Notes: a model not told the origin generated them from the letters alone. Positions 36,301 to 48,043 are shown, numbered from the whole stretch's first letter. The stretch: 63,188 nucleotides of DNA, filler included, from Licmophora abbreviata (GCA_900291995.1; 8 parts of 8 records of this genome joined end to end with filler, not necessarily neighbours in it), one strand, 5' to 3'. Translations and numbers: made by a program.

Positions 36301-36626
36301 CTCTCTTTATCAGTTGGTATCGGTACTTGGTATTGCCTTTCTAGAGTATCGTTGGTCTAGGAAATTGCATCTTCTTTCGATTTATTCACCCATACGGGCG
36401 GCGGTTTCCCNNNNNNNNNNNNNNNNNNNNNNNNNNNNNNNNNNNNNNNNNNNNTTAATTAATTAANNNNNNNNNNNNNNNNNNNNNNNNNNNNNNNNNN
36501 NNNNNNNNNNATACTAACTCTCTTTATCAGTTAGTATCGGTACTTGGAATGCCTTTCTAGAGTATCGTTGGTCTAGGAAATTGCATCTTCTTTCGATTTA
36601 TTCACCCATACGGGCGGCGGTTTCCC
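36301..36626. repeat. Near-identical ~110-nt direct repeat flanking a spacer (probably unmerged allelic contig overlap)
   Basis: 36301-36410 matches 36518-36626 (ctctctttatcagtt...gggcggcggtttccc) with a few SNP/indel differences. Confidence 0.85.
36411..36510. other. Artificial contig spacer
   Basis: Same 100-nt linker. Confidence 0.97.
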
Positions 36627-37619
36627 GTCGATCACCTGCTGCATTGCATCCACAATCAACTCAGCCATTCTCTCGTAACTGATGTCGCAGTAACCGCCTA
36701 CATGCGGAGTAAAGATGGTGTTGGGATGCAGACTCAGTTCATCGTCGGGATCCCAAGGCTCACTTGGCTTCTTCGGGTGTGACACTCCCACATCCGAAGC
36801 AAAGCCTCCGATGGCACCCGATTGAAGCGCTTGCAAAATGGCACCATGTTCAACAAGCGGGCCTCGACCAACGTTGACGACTAGTGCACTGTGAGGCAAT
36901 AATGAAATCATCTCTCTGTTCATCATGTGGTAGGTTTCAGGAGTCATAGTACATGCAAGAATGAGCAAGTCAGTATATGGAAGCACCTCCCGCAAGCAAG
37001 TCGATTGTTGTATGGATAGTGCAATTTTGTCGGTCCATTTGCGTCTCACGACCGTCACGTTAGCTCCCATGGCAACCATGTATTCGCAAAGCACCGAGCC
37101 AACTGCCCCAAAGCCCACAATTGTTACATTTTTGCCATAGAGTGACCTTGGAATAGGTAATCCACCAAGTTGTCTTTGTTGAAAGCGACGAGGTAACTCG
37201 TGTGAACTCCGGCGTAACAGACTAAGACTTAGAAACAAAGCATGTTCGGCGGTCGCCTGAGAGTTTCCACTACTACAGGCCGGGACATTTGAGACAGCCA
37301 CACCTTGCCTAGTTGCCTCGTGAACATCAACTCCTTCCAAGCCCACCCCATACTGAACTACGAGACGCAAGCTGGGAGCCGCTTGCAGGAAGTCTGCGTC
37401 AAACCTTTGCATAAACGGAAGAGCAATATCAGAGCTTTGGGCCACCGCCAGGAGATCGTGGTCAGTCGGCGCATGTATGAGCTCCATTCTGCTGGCAAGG
37501 TTGCGTCGTTTGATGCATGCTCTCGTAAACTCGAGACCTGCCTGAAAGTGGGGGCCTGCAAAGACAACTCGACAGGTGCGACGTAGAGGTGACTGAAACC
37601 TCCAAAACGACGGGGGCAT
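36573..37619 (-). CDS. D-isomer-specific 2-hydroxyacid dehydrogenase
   Basis: Motifs GVGLEGVD, ATAEHA, IVGFGAVG, VNVGRGPLV, FASDV and TPHVGG. Start codon uncertain. Confidence 0.88.
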   Translation of the reverse strand: MPPSFWRFQSPLRRTCRVVFAGPHFQAGLEFTRACIKRRNLASRMELIHAPTDHDLLAVAQSSDIALPFMQRFDADFLQAAPSLRLVVQYGVGLEGVDVHEATRQGVAVSNVPACSSGNSQATAEHALFLSLSLLRRSSHELPRRFQQRQLGGLPIPRSLYGKNVTIVGFGAVGSVLCEYMVAMGANVTVVRRKWTDKIALSIQQSTCLREVLPYTDLLILACTMTPETYHMMNREMISLLPHSALVVNVGRGPLVEHGAILQALQSGAIGGFASDVGVSHPKKPSEPWDPDDELSLHPNTIFTPHVGGYCDISYERMAELIVDAMQQVIDGKPPPVWVNKSKEDAIS

Positions 37620-37914
37620 GGCATCAGCTCGGCCCTGTCCCTGATCCCTCGACCCCTCCAGGCAAGATACAATCACGTTTGGGGTTCCGCCGGTATCATC
37701 AAGGCCCAGGATCGTTCGAAAGGCGTGTGGTGGCGACTGCTGATGATTTCTCTCGTTTCGTTGACGTCGTCGCGTGATGTGTGATCAACCTTGGTCTGAC
37801 GACGGTAGGACGGGCGCGCCAAATTTCCTGAAAATGAGACGACGGACGAGGTGTAACGAGATCATATTATCTCCCTATGTTGTTAGTACTGGTTCTCGTC
37901 ATCGACACTGTGCT

Positions 37915-39703
37915 CTACTCCTCGAATATGCTCTTTCGATCATCCCAGTTTTTGGGATCATGAAAAAAGGCATGTGTCAAGTTGATATATAGCATGGGCC
38001 TCTCGATCGTGCTGGAGTTGTTAGCCAATCCAAAGTGCAGAATACGACAATCGAACAAGATGACATCACCGAGCTGCAGTGATGGTCGAACGAGATGACG
38101 ATGCATGATACCACGACCACTCGAGGACAAGAGACCCGACGACGAGTCGCTGGGGTCAGTTGCGATTTTAGCCGTAAAGGACAATCGGTGCGACCCGTGT
38201 ACAAAGGCAGTGCCGCCTACATCCGTCGATCCGGTCGCACTGCCATCACTGTCTCTTTCAACTTCAGCGTCTGCCCCCAACGCGAATGTATTAATATAGT
38301 GGGCGGGCAAGCAGTCCAAATGCTCAAATAGATGTGGCGTGTCAGCATGCAGGGCCTGATCGGCCGATCCCGGCAAGCTGAGAATGCCTCCCATTGGCCC
38401 TATCCGAAGAGGCTGGTACGAGCCGTCGGGGCCTGATCCATCAAAGTTGAAGCGTCCCAAGTTTCCCTTGAACAAGCCAGCATTCTTCGGGTTCATCGTA
38501 CGCCGGGCAATCTCGAGCACATCGGCTTGAAAACGCAAACACGAGTCCTGGCTTCCGTCGGAGGTTGTAATGATGGGTGCATTGCTGACAAAGCTGTTGC
38601 CGTCGTGTTGCACTGACTCGTCCTCTCCATGAGTGTTGCTACCTATTCCCCATTGTCTGTAGTTTCGAGCTTCTGATGCTCGCATTCGTCTTATACCCGG
38701 TCCATCTCGTAGATCCATACGCAAATCTTCTCGCATTGCCATTTCTTTGTAGCTCTGTGGCTCACACGTGGAAGAGAATGGATGCCGTAGGTCGACCCCA
38801 TCACGTTGTCTCAGAATATCCGAAGCTTGCTGAAAATCTGAAAGAACTGCCTGTCCCCAAGCTTTACATTGCTCCACATTCAACAAGTTACGAACGACGC
38901 AGTAACCATGTGTGGTAAGTTTATCTGACGCTTGGTGTACTTGGTGAAGTGTCAATGGTCGTTTGTGTATAATTTCATAGGCGGAGCGAGTGACAACAGC
39001 CTCCTGTAGCAAGGCTCGTTCCTGAGCTGGACCATCTCGCGAGTTAGCTTTCCAGACACATGAGCGCTCATTAATGGGACAGGCGTGTTTGAACACGGCA
39101 GTCAGTGTAGTGAACTGCTGTGGTTGTTTTTGTTGTTGCGAGGATCCATTGTTGTTGTTGACCTGGTGCACATTCACCGTGTTCCAGACTCGTCCATCCA
39201 GGGCCTGTATTTTACCAGAAATAGTCTCGTGCGAGTCGGATACCAGTAATAGAATTCCTCCTGCAACGACGCTGCGTCGTGCCAACGATTCTTCTTTTTC
39301 CATCATCGTGGCGCTCCTATTTCTTTCGTCGTCAGTTTCTTGTTCGATATTCTTCATCGTCACTATTACAGCCGCATCGCAGAGTTCGTCGGGACCCACA
39401 CAGTGCACTCCGCGATGTTGTTGCAAATTATCAATCCAGACCGATAATAATAATGATGATGATGCGGGCTCGTCATCATGGATGGTATCATCTGGATCAT
39501 TCACCACCACGCGGACACGACGTTGTGACAATAATTTGTGGATCTTGCATGAGAAACTGCTGTGTCAAGAACAACACTCCCGTTCGTACCAGCGAGTCGT
39601 AGGATGATGATTCCTGTGGAGAGTCATCATTGTCATCTTCATCGTCGTCGCCAAAAGCGTCCCAGCAATCAGCGTTGTCGTCGTCGTTCGTGCCCATGGT
39701 CAC
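37915..39703 (-). CDS. PhyH-family Fe(II)/2OG dioxygenase with long N-terminal region; probable frameshift near 39530
   Basis: GYCVVRN, Q.LHADT (HxD), GSH, and GDVILFD.RILHFG..N..R motifs. The ATG-bearing acidic N-terminal ORF (39703-39497) is in a different frame from the main ORF. Confidence 0.78.
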
Positions 39704-39833
39704 GACGATGAGAGACGCAAAAGAAAATTTTGGAAACGACTTTGATTTCAGATTTTGAGTTCGATTTGGATCGCAAGATATCGGAACGCGAGCTCGTGAA
39801 CTGAATAAAGGTACCCGGAAAATTGGTTGAGTC

Positions 39834-39933
39834 NNNNNNNNNNNNNNNNNNNNNNNNNNNNNNNNNNNNNNNNNNNNTTAATTAATTAANNNNNNNNNNN
39901 NNNNNNNNNNNNNNNNNNNNNNNNNNNNNNNNN
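39834..39933. other. Artificial contig spacer
   Basis: Same 100-nt linker. Confidence 0.97.
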
Positions 39934-40149
39934 TCGAGTCGAGTCCATGCCAGAATAATGCGCGCGCGGTCACACGGCCACCGCACGACCCAACAATGAT
40001 GATGCACTCACGCTCTCACACACTCGCCGTTGCTGCTGCTGTTGTCGTCGTCGGTGGGGGCATACAACACTCCTGTCTGTACAGTTTAGTTTATCCCTCG
40101 TAAGCATCAGTCTGCCACGTAGTACAAGCATCCTAACGGCATCATCATT

Positions 40150-40975
40150 ATGGGAAACTTCTTTGGAAAGGACAAGCCGCTCAAGGAGGTCTTGCGGGAG
40201 AACAAGCGCATGATCAATCGAGCCGTACGAGAATTGGATCGAGAAAAGGCGGGTCTGGAACGCGAAGAGAAGCGACTCACCATCGAAATTAAAAAGATGG
40301 CAAAAGAACAGCAAATGAGTGCTGTCAAGATCATGGCCAAGGTGAGGCAGACTGTTCTCGTGTCGTCGCGACTTTTAGTGTTCGTTGAGCAAAAGTGCAA
40401 CAGACAGCGTGTCTCCTGTGTGCTCAGCACTCTGCCTGTCGTTTCACTCGGAATTTACGTTTTTCTTCTTTTCTGAATTATGAAATCTACAGGATCTGGT
40501 TCGGACGAGACAGTATATTACCAAATTTATTGAGATGCGGAGTCACCTGCAGGGCTGTGCGCTGAAATTACAAACCGTCAAGAGTCATCAGGCCATGGCC
40601 GAGGCCATGAGTAGCACAGCCAAGGCCATGTACAAGATGAACAAGGCTGTCGACTCCACGGCCATTTCCAAAATGATGGCCGATTTCGAGCGCGAAAATG
40701 CCAAAAGTGATATACTGCAAGAGCTCATGGGAGATGCACTCGATGACGCTTTGGCGGAGGATACGAATGAAGATGAGGAAGAGAGAATTGTGTCGCAAGT
40801 ATTGGATGAGATTGGGGTTTCGTTCCAAGAGGAACTGCCGACTGCGTCCATGGGCACACCGCTGGGTCAAGCTGAGGCTGAAACAGCACCATCCAAAGTG
40901 GCAGAGGCAGCAGGAAACAGTCACGACCCGGCTTTGAGTGAACTGGAGGCGCGTCTCAACAATTTGAAGCGATGA
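40150..40975 (+). CDS. VPS2: ESCRT-III subunit VPS2/CHMP2A
   Basis: RENKRMINRAVRELDRE, AVKIMAK|DLVRTR across intron 40342-40492, and C-terminal MIM LEARLNNLKR. Confidence 0.93.
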
Positions 40976-41057
40976 TCATGTAGATACTTGCGAAAAATAG
41001 AAACGAAAGAGCAAAGAACTGTATACTGGGGAGCGCGCTCATTCTGCCACACTGTAA

Positions 41058-41876
41058 CTACTCTGTTCGAGTCATGTAAAAGATCACCTCATCATCCCGT
41101 CGCCCCGTTCTTCCCGCTCGGATTAGACGCGTGTTGCTGTCGACGTAAGTGGTGCGCCACACCCTGGCTGTGTCTTCGGGGAACTCTTGCCGAAGTAGAC
41201 GTACTCCGAAACAAGTAATGCTCAACGATTGGAAGGTAACCTTCCAGCATGTGGCACCAACATCACCTGAAATGGAATCTGTCATGTCATCCATCTTTTC
41301 TTTCTCTTGTCTGTCGTCGGCTGCTACTAGATAAGAACCATCCCATTCTTCCCATCGCGCATCCAACGTGGCAATCAACCAGTCATTGGGTGGGACGCGG
41401 AGTATATTCTGGTAGTTTCCATTAGATAGATTCACCACTTGCTGTGACAAGCCCTTGAATGGACCCAATTGGCCGTTGGAGGGCGGTGGTGCCGTCGTGT
41501 ATTCCACAAGCCAAGATCCTTCCACGAGCGGACTGCGGGCCGCTTCAGACGTTTCGCAGATTGACTCGAGTTTTTGAAACCACGTTTCCAGTTCAAATCG
41601 CTTTGATTCGGAGGCTGATCGCTCTCGGTCTGTCGAGGGTATCAGTAAGGCCAGAGTGTCTTTTATGCTGGACAGAGTATCAATTCTCTTGGTCGAGACT
41701 GCTTTGAGCGCCACGTGAGGCGTGCTCGTGGCGCATTTTGGCCTCGAATTGATTATTCGACCTAGACTGAAGCTATGCTGAGCCCATCCGCTTGATAATT
41801 CTACGTTGGTGCAAATACTGCACAGCCATAGTCCAAAAGAAAGCGAACCTGCTGCGGTTTGGCTTGCTGTCCTCAT
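41058..41876 (-). CDS. Plastid lipid-associated protein / fibrillin family
   Basis: Signal plus transit-like N-terminus, L.GSWLVEYTT, and W.TTYVD...RLIRAG motifs. Confidence 0.72.
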   Translation of the reverse strand: MRTASQTAAGSLSFGLWLCSICTNVELSSGWAQHSFSLGRIINSRPKCATSTPHVALKAVSTKRIDTLSSIKDTLALLIPSTDRERSASESKRFELETWFQKLESICETSEAARSPLVEGSWLVEYTTAPPPSNGQLGPFKGLSQQVVNLSNGNYQNILRVPPNDWLIATLDARWEEWDGSYLVAADDRQEKEKMDDMTDSISGDVGATCWKVTFQSLSITCFGVRLLRQEFPEDTARVWRTTYVDSNTRLIRAGRTGRRDDEVIFYMTRTE

Positions 41877-42145
41877 GTTCGTCTTGCTTCGTCGTTGAAG
41901 TTGTCATAAGGATGGGGGGGGGGCGATTGGAACTGATTTTTTGGAATGTGAGTCGGACGAGTCACGTGTCAAATTTTCCACGAGCTCGTTACTCGAGGTC
42001 TCGCAAGTTGAACTGACAAAGATCGCGAGATCCACAAAACTCAACTTGAGAGAAGGATCCACGTAGAATTTGTACCAGATACGTACGCACACCAACATGA
42101 GGTTCCCCGCCGGCACTTGTTGAAAGAAAGATAAAGAGGTCCACC

Positions 42146-42895
42146 ATGAAGTTCACTGCCTTCTGCGTTTCTCTCCTCTTCGGCTCTGCCGCCGGTCTTG
42201 CCGCGAAGAGTAAGACAGGTGGAACTATCTCGTTCACGAACCCGTCCACGGCTCTCCCCTTCGGAAGTGGCCCCAATACTTTGGATGGCTCATTGATCGG
42301 CGATGCCGGTTTCGACCCTATTGGATTCAGCGGCACCAATGTCCAGACTTTTTTCGACAGCAAGAACGTTGGAGGTAACACCATGTCCAATGTCGAATGG
42401 TTGCGTGAGGCCGAAATCACACATGGCCGTATCGCCCAGCTCGCTGTGCTGGGATTCATCTGGCCTGCGGTCTTTGGGGGCTTTGACGGCAACGCTTGGA
42501 CCGGAGTTGATGCTTACAAGAACCCCAACCCTCTTGGAGCCATCCAGGACATCCCCGTCGAGGCCGGTATCCAAATCGTTCTCTTTATGTCGTGGGCCGA
42601 ATTCTACCGCGTCTCCCTGATCAAGAAGCAAGGCGCCCAGCGCACTCCAGGCGACCTCGGCCTCGGACAGGGCAAGGGCCGCTGGAACCCGTTCAGGTTC
42701 GACTACTCTCCTGCGGACTACGCCGAGAAGCAACTTCAGGAAATCAAGCACTGCCGTCTTGCTATGCTTGCTGCCGCAGGCCTCTACGTCCAGTGCGCGA
42801 ACTCCGGAAAGGACATTGCCACCCAGTTGGGTAGCGCTCTTGTCTCCCCCGACTACGTTGCCAAGGCTGGATACTTCTTCCCGGACGGAATCTAA
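42146..42895 (+). CDS. Light-harvesting fucoxanthin-chlorophyll protein (probably a non-Lhcf clade such as Lhcz/Lhcr)
   Basis: Signal peptide, GDAGFDPIGF, WLREAEITHGRIAQLA and EIKHCRLAMLA. Confidence 0.92.
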   Translation: MKFTAFCVSLLFGSAAGLAAKSKTGGTISFTNPSTALPFGSGPNTLDGSLIGDAGFDPIGFSGTNVQTFFDSKNVGGNTMSNVEWLREAEITHGRIAQLAVLGFIWPAVFGGFDGNAWTGVDAYKNPNPLGAIQDIPVEAGIQIVLFMSWAEFYRVSLIKKQGAQRTPGDLGLGQGKGRWNPFRFDYSPADYAEKQLQEIKHCRLAMLAAAGLYVQCANSGKDIATQLGSALVSPDYVAKAGYFFPDGI

Positions 42896-44643
42896 AGGTG
42901 CTAGAGCTCGAATACATATGCTGAGAGTGTAAGGCAGTAAGGGATATCTCTCAAGTCATCTGGCGAATATTTTCCCCCGGCTGAGGTAGAGATAACGTGT
43001 CTTTAGTAGGTTGTCAATAACGGCCATTTCCTCGCGTGTTGTGACCTGGGAAGTGCATTTCTAAAGTAGACAGTGCGACCCTCACAGTCAAACGAATGTG
43101 TGTGACTTGTGTCCACTATCTGTCCCCGCTGCACCCATGCGCTGGGTGATGTGGATGGTCTCAACACCACTCCTCAAGTCTGCCGACATGCTGCATTACA
43201 GGGTACCTGGTAGAGCAACAGTCTAAAAGCTCGTCTCACAGAAGACTAGAGGGTGTGGGTATCTAGGTATGCTGGTACCAGGCAGGGGTGGAGTGGGTGC
43301 TTTCCTTTCTCTGTAGCGATTCTCGGTTCTTTAATCCGTCAACACTACCGGTACATGCAACCAAGTAGTAGGTTGTTACCATGGAAAGAACAATGAATCA
43401 GCAACAAAAGTATGATACGAAATGTTTGAACTCTTCCTTCTCTCTATCCACAGTCAGAAAGCAGATTTACGGAAGGAGCGCTTGTCGGCGTGGCATAGCT
43501 ATGAGGTACCAGGTAGCTCGTCGACTCTATCGTGTGAGGTCGACGCTCGAACAATCGTTTGAAAGTTTGAAAGGACTGCGAGCTTTCTTGGAGGGTTTGG
43601 TTTCGCGAACCTCGTGTTGCGTTTTTTCATTGGTTGGTGCGCGGAAGACATCGTTGAAGCCCGTAGTGTCGCAACGACGCAGAACCAGTACGGCACTTAC
43701 GTAGACTTGCACGCGACCGTGAAATTTTCACCGGAAAGCAAAGATCTCGATTCCCATCATCATCAAGGGGGACAAACGCGTTGACTCGTTGTGAGTCTTT
43801 GCCTGTCGTTTCTGCGGATATTCGTGTTTGAGGTATGTTCTTGATTGTCTTGAGGAGCTATGGAGAGAAGGAATTTTTCGAGATAAGAGATAGTTGAATG
43901 AAAAAAGTGGTGGCTCTTGCTGCCCTCCCATGGCCCGCGTGATGCCTCGGTTGAGTTTCTTGCTTTCGTCTGTAGGAATTCTACTGATTCGTACGTAGCA
44001 CTTTTGATGGGCGAAGAACAAAAAGAGGCCCGCACGTGCAGACACGCAAAACTGATCTTGGCTCGTTTGGAACGACCGACCTTGATAAAAAACGATCGTG
44101 TGGACTTTGAGTGTCTATCGATGATACAGAGAGAGTTTGCGAAGTTCGCTCCTTGGGGAGAAGGGATGGAGTTTGGCTTTTTCGTTGTGCATTTTCTTAC
44201 TTGGCTGTCGGCAATCGAGGTCCCTTCGCCGGACTTTCTGGGTTTCGCTCCTCTTTGGTTTCCTTGAGCTTCTTCTCTCCCTCTCGTTCGGTTCTTGGTG
44301 CTTCTCTGTTGCTTGAGAACAAAGCGTTTGGTCAGAGTCGTCCTTTTTTGGCGGCGAAATCCCATGGAGAGTTGGCTTTCGTTGCTCAACGCGTCCGCCT
44401 CTCGACTTATTTATAATGAGACGTGACGTGTGTACTTATGGGAACTCTGTTTCTACATAGAGCACGCTTGTCCTCATCATGTGGCTCTGTGTTGACGAGG
44501 CTCTGCAAGGAACACGAGGCCAGTCGGTCTGGTTCTTTGCGTGATGAATGTTCATTGATTTCCTCAACTCACGTCTTCTTGTTATTCTTTTCCCTGTTGT
44601 CCTGATCTATCCTCCATGAATCAGCATTCAGTGCTCAGAAGTC

Positions 44644-46113
44644 ATGTCAACTGCTGTTTCTGGAATGTTACCCGTCCCGCTTCCTCGCTTTGCTCCCTCC
44701 CACTCTGCTGGTCAGTCCAGCAGTATGGCCCAGTCGTCGGATATGGCTGCCCTGGTATCAGACGGGGGAGATGCTCTTGATTTCGATCTTCTTGCTGAGT
44801 ACCTCCTTGAAGACTCGGAGATGTCCATGGAGAACATTCAGCTCCCGACATTTGAGTTCAAGTAAGTGCATCAAACATGTAAACCTCACAATTTGGCCGA
44901 AATGTCGTACCTCATGTTCTTTGTTCGTTTTCGGCTTCTGATTACCCGGTGTAGCGTCGAGTCCACTCCTACGTCTGGTCTCGTATCCCCCGAGCAAAGT
45001 GAGGATGGGATACAGCAGGTTCCTTCGAACAAGGAGGGCAGCATCGCGCAGGTGGAGAGTCTTATTGCGGCCCACGCCGCCGCGCAGGCTCAGGCGAGCC
45101 GACCAATGCAAGCGATTGCCCCCGCTCCTCCTGGCATGCCGGTCCGTCCCGCATTGGCGCCGGCTGGCATCCCAATGCCGCCAGCTCCTGGACCGAATGC
45201 CTTTCCACTGGTAGGCACTGTTCCAAAGGTGCCGCATCACGCCAAGGCGTCTGCGGCGGCGAACAATAAGCGTCGCCGTGTGGATGAGGCTGCCGCGTAC
45301 ATGCATCCGCCGCCGGCTGGTCGCGGGCGTCAAAAGTCCCAAGCGCAAGTGGATCGCCGGAGAGAACGAAACCGCATCCTCGCTCGCCGCACGCGACTCC
45401 GGAAGAAGTTTTTCTTCGAGTCTCTGCAGAAGGATGTGATGGATTTGCAGCGTGAAAACTCAGCTCTCAAGGAAATTCTCAAGGCAAAGCTGGATCCGTC
45501 CGTTTCGCAGCCGCTGTTAGAGGAATCAAATGCGGCAGAAAAACTTCCTGAGTCAATTCTAGAGGCGTGCGGTGAGAACACGCAGATGGACATGCAGGAT
45601 TTCAATCTCATCAAGAGCGTCCAGTCGTCGCAGCAGTCCTTCGTCATCACGGACCCAAGTCTGCAAGACAACCCGATTGTCTACGCATCGGACGACTTTC
45701 TGAAACTGACGGGGTACACGCGGGAGCAGGTGCTCGGAAGAAATTGTCGATTCCTTCAAGGTACCGAGACGAGTCCCACCAAGGTGGATTCTGTGCGCAA
45801 GGCGGTTGCCAATGGCGATGACGCGACGGTCACAATGATTAACTACACCGCGGATGGCTCGGCCTTTTGGAACAAGCTCTTCATTGCGGCGTTGCGAGAC
45901 GCTCAAAATAACATTGTCAACTTCATCGGCGTGGTTGTCAAGGTGGCGGGGCCTGACAAGGACGACCCAGAAGCCGAAAAGCGACTTCCTGGAGAGCAGG
46001 CAGCTTCTGGAGATGAAGAAGAGAACAATGACCTTGGGGATGCCGAAGGAACGTTCAACGGTGTCGACGGTGCCTTCAATAAGGCAATGTATGCACCTGT
46101 CGATGGGAGTTGA
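44644..46113 (+). CDS. AUREO2: Aureochrome (bZIP-LOV), class 2-like
   Basis: bZIP RRERNRILARRTRLRKKFFFESLQ and LOV DPSLQDNPIVYAS...GRNCRFLQG. Intron 44862-44954. Start at 44644 or 44725. Confidence 0.88.
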
Positions 46114-46399
46114 TGTTGTGTGTGTGTGCGTGAAGCGATCAAGTGAATTTATGGGCTATCAAAACTTACTACAAGAGCACTGCAAACGCGCATTTGTATT
46201 CATGGAGAACAAGCAGCGGATGACGGTTAAATGAAACTACATAGGATTTGTTACAATAAGCGCAAGTCGGGAACTTCTCCTGTTCTTGATCTCTCTAGTC
46301 TTATTTTTTAGAAAGCTACGAACGATAGTCTTTGATTCGTCAGGTCAGTCGTAGCTCCCGTCGATTCCTGATGCCTGATTCACCAGTTCTCCTTCGGTC

Positions 46400-48043
46400 T
46401 CAAAACTGAAAGACTCCTGCCGTAGAAACGATGCCATTATAAATGTAGGTGTTGTTGAGTGGCACGTACTGGGATGTGATAATCTTGACGGCCTCTTGGG
46501 ACGCAACGCCGCCTACAACGCTAGCAATGTTGTGGAGCTCCGCCTGCCCGTAGCGCGTCATCTCTTGCGCGTACTTCATATTGGTACTGTCCAGCAGAGT
46601 CTGTCGCACCAGCTCATTGTCCTGAAGTTGCATCGATTGAGCCACCTCGACGAGGCAGTCTTGCAGAGCAGATATGTCTGCAGAATAGTCAGTGATGGTA
46701 CCAGGATATCGGCCTTGACGTTGGTAAAAGATACGACAGGCCCGCAACGCGAGGTACCACAAGAACGGCGTATGTTCCGGCACTTCGTACGGATCCATCA
46801 AGGTCATCTTCCAGTCGTCCAAAAGGTCCGATGGAATCGCAGTATTCAGCTCTTCTTCCAGAGTTCGCGTCGTAAGAATATCCAAGGAAAAGACGTTCTT
46901 GCAGAAGGTCGTAATGTCCTCGTCCGTAATATGATCGTTGGCAGGCATGGTATTACTGCTACTTGTTGTCGCCGAGATGATCTCCTTGAGATCTGCCACA
47001 TCGCTGGCGGCCTGGTCGTGGTAGAGGCGCTGCAGCTGCACATATTTTTCGGTGGACGCCGTCATGTCCGGAATAGTACCATGCAGTGGAGCTCGATTGT
47101 TGTGTCGCTGCAGAAACGTCTGCAGCGCTCGGAGCATCGTGCTTAGTTTCGAACGGCCACTCTCATCGCTTTTGCGGAGTAGATCTTGCATCACAGAATT
47201 GTCGATTGTCTTTTCCGTGTAGGCCAAGTAGGCATTCTGTGAGGCCTCTTGAAAGTTGAGTTGATTTGAAAAGTTGCGGCTCATGGCTCGAATCGTCTGT
47301 CGGAACTCTTGTTTCTCTTGAAACGTACCGGGCAACCTTTGATTCTGCGCTCGTCGTTTCCAATCGTCCTGCAGTTTCAGTAAAATCAAGGGATACGGTA
47401 CATGGCCGTGTTGTTGGTCGTCCAGAGACGTCCAATCGATGGTGGAAGCAAGTTCTCTTAATTTTGGAAAACATGTGACAAGTCGCAGATCGGGCGGTTC
47501 ATTTTCGGGCTTGGGGTCGAGCAAGGGGAGCGCCGGCGTCTGAAGACGGACGTAGCCAATCAAGCCGTAGGATTCGACAAAAATCAAGGGCACCTGGTGC
47601 TGAGAGCACAGCTTGGAAACATGAAGCATTAATGGCGGCTCTAGATCTGACGCAATCACCAGTAGTCTTTGAGAAGAGCGGCTTGCAGTGGTAATGGGCT
47701 GCCCGTCCCAGTGATGCTGTAAGGACGACTCGACATGAGTGTACTGTCCCTTGACTTCCGGATTGAGCTCTTGCAAATGCTCCAGCGCCACCTGTGCTCT
47801 CGGTTTTTTGTTACCATCACCCATATCACTGTTGGGAGTGAAAAAGTTCGAGTCGCTTTTCAGTTTCATATCAGCATCATCGACGATCCAAATGCCACCA
47901 ATCCCCGGCAGCACCAAGTTCTTGAGCGTCTCCGTGCCGGCGGCCGTGGCGCGCACCAAGACGACAGTGGTTTCGGCCAAACAGCGTTGCCCTTTGCTTC
48001 CCCAAAGACGCAGTTGTCGATCGTACTTGTCTTTGGTGGCCAT
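46400..48043 (-). CDS. NAE1: NEDD8-activating enzyme E1 regulatory subunit
   Basis: Motifs KYDRQLRLWG, ETLKNLVLPGIG, HGHVPY, IPDMTAST..YVQLQ and GGVASQEAVKIITSQYVP. Confidence 0.93.
   Translation of the reverse strand: MATKDKYDRQLRLWGSKGQRCLAETTVVLVRATAAGTETLKNLVLPGIGGIWIVDDADMKLKSDSNFFTPNSDMGDGNKKPRAQVALEHLQELNPEVKGQYTHVESSLQHHWDGQPITTASRSSQRLLVIASDLEPPLMLHVSKLCSQHQVPLIFVESYGLIGYVRLQTPALPLLDPKPENEPPDLRLVTCFPKLRELASTIDWTSLDDQQHGHVPYPLILLKLQDDWKRRAQNQRLPGTFQEKQEFRQTIRAMSRNFSNQLNFQEASQNAYLAYTEKTIDNSVMQDLLRKSDESGRSKLSTMLRALQTFLQRHNNRAPLHGTIPDMTASTEKYVQLQRLYHDQAASDVADLKEIISATTSSSNTMPANDHITDEDITTFCKNVFSLDILTTRTLEEELNTAIPSDLLDDWKMTLMDPYEVPEHTPFLWYLALRACRIFYQRQGRYPGTITDYSADISALQDCLVEVAQSMQLQDNELVRQTLLDSTNMKYAQEMTRYGQAELHNIASVVGGVASQEAVKIITSQYVPLNNTYIYNGIVSTAGVFQF

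Noticed and set aside
39561..39590. 30-nt GT..AG segment as an intron repairing the PhyH frameshift
   Set aside because: It is far shorter than the other introns, and as a multiple of three it would not change the frame.
43763..44389. 208-aa minus-strand ORF upstream of the aureochrome
   Set aside because: It has a non-ATG start and a composition that mirrors pyrimidine-rich UTR or intron sequence on the plus strand.
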